Assembly (NCBI RefSeq): GCF_009914755.1
Contig: NC_060937.1
DNA length: 64,000 bases
DNA from: the human T2T-CHM13v2.0 reference genome, Homo sapiens
Strand: one strand, 5' to 3'
The translations under genes were made by a program, and so were the position numbers. The notes below the pieces were generated by a model. It was not told the origin of the DNA, did no database searches, and worked only from the letters and a program-made list of their open reading frames with translations. Below are positions 55,580 to 64,000 of this stretch, piece by piece (position 1 is the stretch's first letter; each line of letters opens with the position of its first letter).

Positions 55580-56049
55580 AAAGAATAGGTAGTATTGCTG
55601 TGAAAATAGAATACCATTTTAGATTATATAAATGAATATACAGTGTGGCTAATAACTAGTTACAGCAAAAGGGCACTATGAGGAAAAATCTTGTAACAAG
55701 TGGGAAAGAGAAAAAAAAAAGCCCTTATGAATCATTGTAACCTCTAAACTGGGTTTCATTAGAAAATCATCACCTTAAAGTGGATACATGCTGGTATTTA
55801 CTCTATGTATTATTAGTGTTAAATTATTGATGGCAACCAACATCATATCTGTGTTTATGTACTTGACTTTCTTGTAAAGACGAAAATGATTATCAGAGGT
55901 TTTTGAATGGTTGTAGAATCTGTGATGATCTTGTTTATCATCATGGAGAAATCTAACAAATATGAGTTTTCTAACTTGTAGAAACTTATTCCTTTAAGCA
56001 CAGATGGAAATCTCTTTAACATGTTACCTTCTGTCCTACATTAAAAACA

Positions 56050-57890
56050 GAAAGATATGTTCCTTTCTTTATCCCTATTCTAGGGAACTTGGAAAAAATA
56101 CAGAAGAGTGAAAAAGAAAAAAGAAAATACAACTTGTAAGCAACCATGTTACCTATTTCGTCTATTAACAGTCATTTAAAAACTTAACATGTTTGTCTTA
56201 TTTAAAATTGGAATAATATATGATTCTCACAGACACACACAGACACAACTCTGTTACTTCTTTAACATCTTTTCATGAACATTTCCTTATACTATTAAAT
56301 ATTCTTTCAAAACACCATTTTAAATGGCTATATAATATTTTATTGTCTTGATACGGTGAGTTTGTTTAACTCTTCTATTTTGGACAAGTAGTTGTTTTTT
56401 CCAGTTTCCTATTATTGTAACATCATGATGAACAACATTAGAAAGAAATCTTGTTTAAGTTTCTCGTTAGTTCCCTAGGGTATAGTTTTAAAATGGGAAG
56501 TGTTAGGCTGACATGTGTGTTTTGTGTTTGAAAAATAAGCGATATATACTTTATTTTTAAAAAATATAGGCAGTACATATAAGTATAAAGAGACAAGCAG
56601 TCTAGGCACCCAGATCTTACCAACCAGTAATAACCTATGTTAACATTTGGTGAACATCATCTTATTCATGCTTACATATAGACAGACAGGAATAATTTCA
56701 TAATTATGGGATTGTGCTATTTTAAAAAACAAAAATTTAAATTATTATTTTGTTTGAATTTAATAACAAGGGAAAAATACCTTAAGATCTAGGTAAATGT
56801 TGAACTCTAGGTAAAGGTTTCTTTGCCACAAAAATCTTAGGTTCTGTAAGAGTTCACTAAAATTGGGAAAATAGTTTATAAAAAACAGTAAGAAATCGGA
56901 GTATTTTTTAAAACTGCATGTTTAAAATTTAGATGAGATATGAAATCCCTGCCATGAAAGATGAAGTTGAGTGCTGTTCATACGTTTTGTCATCTCTTTC
57001 TTCAGTTCTGAATTTTATGTTGTATTTTTGCTTTTTTAGGGCATATAATATTTGCTTTCTGTTTACCAGAAGTTAGTCTTTAGCTCTATGTTTAACCTTA
57101 GTTCTATATTTAAATGGATTCAGTGCTTACCATTATATCTTTTCCATGGATTTTCTGTTTCTGTGTTTTTTGTTCTGATTGAGTTTTTAGTTGTCTTGTT
57201 TTCATCATGGGGTAGTTGCTTTTTCAAGGACACATGGGTGCTGTGTATTCTGTCTTCTTTCATGTTTAAAAATGTCTATTCGTGGAATACAACTTGTCAG
57301 GATCAACTTTTTTTAAAATTTAAATATTAAAACTATGAAACACTTCAAACATAAAGTAAAAGATAGTTCTATATCCACCGTGGACATAATAGATGTTAAC
57401 ATCTTGCTGTATTTGTTTGAGATCTTGAACTTTTTTTTTTTTAAGAAATGAAATAAAGTTTTACATTCTATGCTTTTCCTCATCTCTTAATCCCTTTAAC
57501 ATTATCCTGAAGTTGATATTTATCATTTTTGTGAATGTTTTTCTGCTTTTCTTTGAATACTTACATGTATGCCTTATTATAATGTATATTTTAGTTTTAG
57601 ATTATGTGAAAATGTATTTGTTTTAGTATTCTGTTTTATACTTTTTGAGCTTGCTTTATTCATTTAGTATGTTTTGAAGATTTATCTGTGATGGTTAATA
57701 CAGATCTAATTAGTCTTATAAATCATGGGATAATAGTTATTTATTGCCTACTGGCTAGAAAGTTGTTTTAAGTTTCTTACTATTACAAATATTGCTGCCT
57801 TGAACATTCTTGTACATGCCTCTTTATTTCCATGTGAGAATTTCCTAGTATTAACATTTAGAAGTAGAACTGTTGGGTCCTGCACACTTT
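56050..57890 (-). mobile_element. Degenerate L1ME/HAL1 fragments
   Basis: Weak old-L1 3' motifs (ttttaaatggctatataatatt; ttgaacattcttgtacatg). Confidence 0.45.
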
Positions 57891-57902
57891 TACCTTTACT
57901 AG

Positions 57903-58431
57903 TGTTACTGGAAAGGGGTCTGGATCAGAGAGCGTTCTTAGATCTCGTGCAAGAAAGAAATCAGGGTGAGTCCATAGAGTAAAGTGAAAGCAAGTTTATT
58001 AGAGAAGTAAAGAATCAAAAGAATAGCCCTCAGGGCTGCTGGTTGCTCATATTTATTGTTATTTCTTGATTATATGCTAAACAATGGGTGGATCATTCAT
58101 GCCTCCCCTTTTTAGACCACATAGGGTAACTTCCTGACGTTGCCATGGCATTTGTAAACTGTCAAGATGCTTGCTGGTGGGAGTGTAGTAGTGAGGACGA
58201 CCAGAGGTCACTCTCTTCGCCATCTTGGTTTTGGTGGGGTTTAGCCGGCTTCTTTACTGCAGACTGTTTTATTAACAAGGTCTTTATGACCTGTAACTTG
58301 TGCCAACCTTTTATCTCATCCTGTGACTAAGAATGCCTTAACCTTTTGGGAATGCAGCCCAGTAGGTCTCAGTCTCATTTTACCCAGTTCCTATTCAAGA
58401 TGGAGTTGCTCTGGTTCAAACATCTCTGACA
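57903..58431 (-). mobile_element. MER41A solo LTR (ERV1)
   Basis: Minus strand starts TGTCAGAGATGTTTGAACCAGAGCAACTCCATCTTGAATAGG; lacks the GAS-bearing segment; TSD ctag/gtag. Confidence 0.9.
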
Positions 58432-58662
58432 GTAGGAATTACCAGATTGTTCTTCAAGGTGATTCAATTAACTTATACTCTTACTAGCAATAATTCAACT
58501 CCAACTCTCTTCTTTTCCAACATGCAGTTTTACTTCCTTCATTACTAGAAATATTTTATTTGTATTGATTTACATTTCTTCTGTGTGCTGTTGTTTTATG
58601 TGTTTTGTGTAATAAAATTATTCTAGAGTTAGCATTTTTTTTTAATTTAAACATTAAAACTA

Positions 58663-59276
58663 TGTAACCCAAAAAGTATCTGAAACAGGTCTCAATTAAT
58701 TTAGGAATTTATTTTGTCAAGCTTAAAGACATGCCAGTGACACAGCCTCAGGAGGTCCTGACAACATGTGCTCAGGGTGGTTGGCCTACAACTTGCTTGT
58801 ATACATTTTAGAGAGACATAAGATATCAATCAGTATGTGTAAGATGTACATTTATTTGGTTTGGAAAGGTGGGACAATGGGTAGGGGGGCAGTGGAGAGT
58901 GGGGACTTCAGGTCATAGGTGGATTAATAGATCTTCTGATTGGCAATTGGTTGAGTTATTATCTAAAGACTTGGAATCAGTAGAAAGAAGTTATGATAAG
59001 AGGTTGTGGAGACCAAGGTTTGATCATTCAGATGAAGCCACCAAGTAACAGGCTTCAGAGAGAATAGATTATAAATGCTTCTTATCAGACCTACAGAGTC
59101 TGTTCTGTCAGCCTTAAGGTCTGTTTTGATTTTAATGGTAAAGAGGCATGTCTGCTCCCTCTTCTCATCATGGCCTGAATTAGTTTTACAGGTTAACTTT
59201 GGAAGGCCCTTGGCCAAGGGGAGGAGTTGTATTGGCGTTCTCTAGAGGAACAGAACTAATGGGATGTATATTATCG

Positions 59277-59307
<31 letters not shown>

Positions 59308-59730
59308 AGTTTATTAACTCACACGATCACAAGGTCCCACAGTAGGCCTTGCATCTGCAAGCTGAGTAGCAAGGAGAGCTGTTCTGAGTCCCAAAACTGA
59401 AGAAGTTGGAGTCTGATGTTTGAGGGCAGGAAGCATCCAGCACAGGAAAAAGATGTAAGCAGGGCAGCTAGGCCAGTCTCATCTTTTCACATTTTTCTGC
59501 CTGCTTTATATTCTAGCTGCGCTGGCAGTTGATTAGATGGTGCCCACTCAGATTAAGGGTGGGTCTGCCTCTCCCAGCCCACTGACTCAAATGTTAATCT
59601 CCTTTGGCAACACCGTCACACCCAGAATCAATACTTTGCATCCTTCAACCAAGTTGACACTCAGTATTAACTATCACAGGAGTCCATTCAGATGGTTGGG
59701 GGGCTTAGAATTTTATGTTTGGTTTATACA
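58663..59730 (-). mobile_element. MER4-family LTR (ERV1) split by MLT2A
   Basis: gacacagcctcaggaggtcctgacaacatgtg...gggcttagaattttatgtttggttt. Confidence 0.85.
59228..59678 (-). mobile_element. MLT2A (HERV-L) solo LTR, MLT2A1-like
   Basis: TG...CA termini, exact 5-bp TSD GGAGT (59223-59227, 59679-59683), internal (TA)n(GA)n. Confidence 0.9.
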
Positions 59731-60017
59731 AATCTGCATAAAAAGTTGTCCCTTTTGTGATCTATTTTTGTTCTTTTTTGTATGTTTTTTAAGAGTGTAC
59801 TTTTTTTTTGACAGGCAGAAGTCCTGTATATGAACATTTGCTATTATTGCTGTGTTGTAAGTCAATGATGCTTTTTCCATCAGTGTATTAAAAGTATTAG
59901 GCAGTTAATCCCTAATCCACTGACCGTAGCCTACTCTTTGATTCTGTGATGGGAGAAGGTGAGCCCATGGTGATTTTTTTTGTTTTTTTTTTTTTGACCC
60001 TTTTTACTTTTGGCTGT

Positions 60018-60908
60018 GTAGGAGCCAAGGGAAAACTACTTCCCCATTGCCTTCCGAAAGTTCTCTGAAAAATCAGCTGACTAAAGGCAGCTTAATAGGA
60101 AAAATGGAGTAAAAATTTATGAAGATACACACAGGGGAGAACCACAGAGTGATTACTGCCAACCCCACAATGGATTCAGAAGCTTATATACCATCTTGAG
60201 GTTATAGAAAGAATGGGGCTTGGATTGTGGGCAAAATAGGTTATAGTGGCAAAACAGGTAATGGGATGGAGAGAAGAGGAGGACTTGGCTATCAAAGATG
60301 GTCTTATTGGCCGGGTGCGGTGGCTCATGCTTGTAAGCTTGCAATCCCAGCACTTTCGGAGTCTGAGGCAGGCGGATCACCTGAAGTCAGGAGTTCGAGA
60401 CCAGCCTGGCCAACATAGTGAAACCCTGTCTCTACTAAAAATACAAAAATTACCCAGGTCTGGTGGCACACACCTGTAATCTCAGCTACTTGGGAGGCTG
60501 AGGCAGGATAATAGCTTTAACCTGGGAGGCAGAGGTTGCAGTGAGCTGAGATCTTGCCACTTCACTCAAGCCTGGGTGACAGAGCGAGACTCTGTCTCAA
60601 AAAAAAAAAAAAAAAAGGTGGCCTTGTTATATAGATGAAACCTCATGGGTTGCAGCCCTCAGACAACAGATGGTGAATGTTTGTTTTAGACTTTAAAGGT
60701 GTCAGACTCTCAGTTAAACTTTCCTGGATTGGACAACGGAAGGCCCTCAGAGAAGGCCTGGCTGCATCAATGTAGATTTTCTCTATAAATGGAAATCTCC
60801 CACAAAAGATAGCTTTTCAGGGCTACTTCTATTTGCAGGCCCTCTGAATAGCAATCTCAAATTATGTCAAAGACGTATAATTTGGGGTACAGTATTTTGA
60901 TTTCCTTA
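60018..60908 (-). mobile_element. ERV1 LTR (MER39-like) split by Alu
   Basis: Minus strand starts AAGGAAATCAAAATACTGTACCCCAAATTATAC; MER4-group motifs. Confidence 0.75.
60309..60615 (+). mobile_element. AluSx-like
   Basis: Full dimer, TSD aaag(a/g)tgg(t/c)ctt(a/g)tt. Confidence 0.95.
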
Positions 60909-61973
60909 GCTTTCTCATCTAGCTATGGTAAGCATGGCCATCACAAAAGTAGTAGTTATTATAAAGACTTGGGTGATGTGGGGTTGGCATTTACATTCTT
61001 CTTTGGGATATATATTCAGTGACCTGTAGTTTTCAGAAACCATTGTTTAATTTAGTAAACTTTTAGGGTCAGATATTTACTTACTAAATTATGGTGACTG
61101 CCTCGTAACAGTTGAATGATGAAATATTTCAGGTTTATATATGTAAAGCACTGTGGGAATCATAGAAATCTGTGAGGTGTGTGATACTGAATCTTGAGGT
61201 GTTCAGTGCATATTGCATCCATTATTTGACAAGCTCCCATTTCCATGAGGGAAAAACTCTAGGAGGCCTAGAGGACAGTATATTTAATATGAAGCCAATT
61301 CTATGCCCTAAACTCTGCTAGCTAATTTAGGGGATACCAAGATGAACAAAGCATATTTCCTAAATATCAAAAGCTTATGATCTGATTGGGAAGGCAGACG
61401 TATTCCCAAATCTAATTAGAGATTGCGAGGTGTCCCTAAGACCCCAGGGGCTCAGAAAGCAGCACAGACTTGCAAGTGAATGTTTCCTGGAAGGAAATGG
61501 TTGCAGTTAGAATTTACTAGTTCTTGTTTTCTGTTCTCCCTAAATAGTTTTGCTTTTAAAACCTCTTAATGTTCAGATTCTGATTGCTGAATATTTTGAT
61601 ATTTTTCTATGCTTTAATGTGTGAGACTTCAGTCTTTTAGAATTATGCATATATTCTTTGCACAATTTTACTTTTAAAACTTTACCAGCCACCCCATTTT
61701 TGACTAATTTTTGTTACATGCAAATCAGAAACTTTCTGGAGAATCTGTCAAAATGTCCTTACTTAATTTGATTAAGGCAACAAAACCTTTGATTACCAGT
61801 TACCATTATCATTATATTGTCAATGCCTTTGTTGGATAGAATACTACTACGTTAGCTTGTGAAAACCAAAGCATTGGAATATTTTGAAGACTTAAAAATT
61901 TAAATTGTTTTATAAATTCAAACACTATCATTTAAAATGTCTTCTGCTTTTAAAAAATGCATCGAAGCAGCTT

Positions 61974-62480
61974 TGTTATCAAGCACATGGGCTTGCCGTT
62001 GCTGCCTATGGATGCACAGAGACCAATAGTATGTGGCACTGGCTTTTGAGGAAAAAAAAAAAGGCTTTATTGCAAAACTGGTAAGTGAGAAAATAGGAAC
62101 AGATTCAAATCTGTCTCCCCAGTTTAGGTTCTAAGGCAACTCTTAAGGGATCAGAGGGCCAGGAAAAGGATTTAGGAATGTTGGCTTGGCAGGGTCTGAT
62201 TGGAGAGCTGCACATTTGACCATTTGTGGAAAGGTATATTGATGCAGATTGTAGCCTCAGATCTTCTGGGCCAATGAACCCTTTTTTTTGGTCACATCCC
62301 AGTCTTCTTGGTTCTGAGGGGAGGATTCTTTGGTTGTGGGGATTGTTAGAAATCAAGCTTTTTCTATTGCACATGACCAGGCTACATGTCTTGCAGTCTC
62401 TGAATCTGTTACACCTAAAAGGTACTTGACATTTTGTTATTGACAGAGTAGGCCCAGTTTGGGCTGGTCCTGTGGTTGTA
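61974..62480 (-). mobile_element. LTR45-like ERV1 solo LTR
   Basis: Minus strand begins ..CAACCACAGGACCAGCCCAAACTGGGCCTACTCTGTCAATAAC; exact 4-bp TSD GCTT (61970-61973, 62481-62484). Confidence 0.85.
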
Positions 62481-63753
62481 GCTTCTCTATTTGGGTTTCT
62501 AAATTATGGTCTCCAAGCCACTTAAGGAGGAAAATCTTAAAAACCAGGATTACTCTGTGTTGTCATTTTATTAAAACATAATTTGATGGAAGCCATATTT
62601 GTCTTGGAAATTAGCTTGGTTAATTTACATGAATATTAAAATGTGCCATGGTCTTTACTATAATTGGATCATTTTAGGTTACCTTATCACCTACCTTTGA
62701 CCCAGGTATCCTGCCCAGGAGGAGAGCCATGCTGGCTGGGTACCAACCAGTTGCCATGCCAAAGGAGTATCCTGATTAATGTAGTTGGGGTTAGCCTTGG
62801 AGTCAGGTGGGCTAATTCCCACAGAAATTACTGTGGACTTACAATGAAAGAGTTATGGAAAGGATTTTAGGGAGACAGTCACATGTCTACTTTGTTTAAC
62901 ACACAGCATAGTCACCAGCAAATATTCAAAAAGTTCCATGCCTTAATGAAATCAAGATATTATACTATGGAGAGACACAAACTCAAGTTAGTTGCCAGAC
63001 TTCAAAAAATGTCATCTTTTAAAAGTAAACTTAAAATATATCTAACACATATTGTGATATAAAACTACAAAAAGTGAGCTGAACATCATCCCATGATGAA
63101 ACATATAGATATTAATGACATACATTGTGGGCTTTTCATGATAAATTGATGGGAGCTAGATTGTTGGATTTTCAGAAGACTTTGAGAGGGTGAGTGGAGC
63201 CCAGCAGGGAGCAGCGTCCTGGAAGATAGACAACCTTAGAGGAAAGAAAGTGTGAGAAGGTGTCAACCCAGCACACTCATGTTTTCCTCTCCTTTATGTT
63301 AGTTTTTTTCTCTTCTTTTTTTTTTTTCCATTAAGGATTAGGAGATCAGCAAGCTATTAATATGTTCAGATCGCATTGACCTATTGATAAAAAGTCATAA
63401 TTGTAGGACAGATTTGTAAATACTTTTTTTCTTGGCTAAGATCTGAGTAAGGTAAATAGAATTTTGAAGAGAGTATGTTTTTGTTGATATTTTGTAAGAT
63501 TTCAAGAAGCATATCTCTTTTAATTAAAGCAGTGTAAACACAACTAATGAATGTGCCATATAGAGCATGTTGTATTCCATGAGGGAATCTTGGTATTTAG
63601 TATATTTATGTTGCAGTTTTAACACATGAAAAGGAATTTGACCAGAGTTGTGATTCTTTTTTAAATAGAAATTTATATAAGATCTTTATCCCACCCATTT
63701 GGCTTCTTTGTTTTGAGAAGTTAATGTTCTCCAGCCCTCTCTCCTTTAATGTA

Positions 63754-63803
63754 TTAGGTTGGTGCAAAAGTAATTGTGGTTTTGCCATTAAAAGTAATGG
63801 CAA
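63754..63803. mobile_element. MADE1, truncated
   Basis: ttaggttggtgcaaaagtaattgtggttttgccattaaaagtaatggcaa; most of the right arm is missing. Confidence 0.9.
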
Positions 63804-64000
63804 CATATTAAGAAAAGTAGTACTAGCTGTTAGAGATGGCAGAATACTTGTGTTAGCAAGGTTCTTCTCTCTCAGGGCTTTCCATCTTATGTCATTATGA
63901 CTGGTGACCTATATTATATTTTCTTTAAATTTTAACGGAAGCTGAAGCAGAGTACTTTGGGGGACTTACTTTTATTTAATATTTTCACAGTGTTCAGCAA

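Noticed and set aside
61484-61492. Isolated GAS motif TTCCTGGAA
   Set aside because: A single 9-mer can occur by chance in 64 kb; no supporting context.

Overview
Human (primate) genomic DNA, AT-rich and largely transposon-derived. The one recognisable protein-coding gene is NDFIP2 (NEDD4 family-interacting protein 2, recalled to lie on 13q31). It has a CpG-island promoter at ~30.8-31.7 kb, coding exon 1 on the + strand (ATG 31130, donor after 31450) and the first ~32.5 kb of intron 1; exon 2 was not found in the window. The upstream 30 kb is intergenic and probably carries the antisense lncRNA NDFIP2-AS1 near the promoter. The rest is Alu, L1/HAL1, L2, MIR, ERV/MaLR solo LTRs and DNA-transposon MITEs, often nested. 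Repeat subfamily names are from recalled consensus sequences, not a RepeatMasker run. I found no convincing new multi-gene biological system. The best leads are: several in-frame start codons plus ETS motifs inside NDFIP2 exon 1; an old ~170-bp locally templated insertion splitting a HAL1; splice-site evidence for antisense and upstream non-coding exons; miR-548- and miR-1302-type MITE hairpins; a twin-primed L1; and a dense antisense LTR cluster in intron 1.
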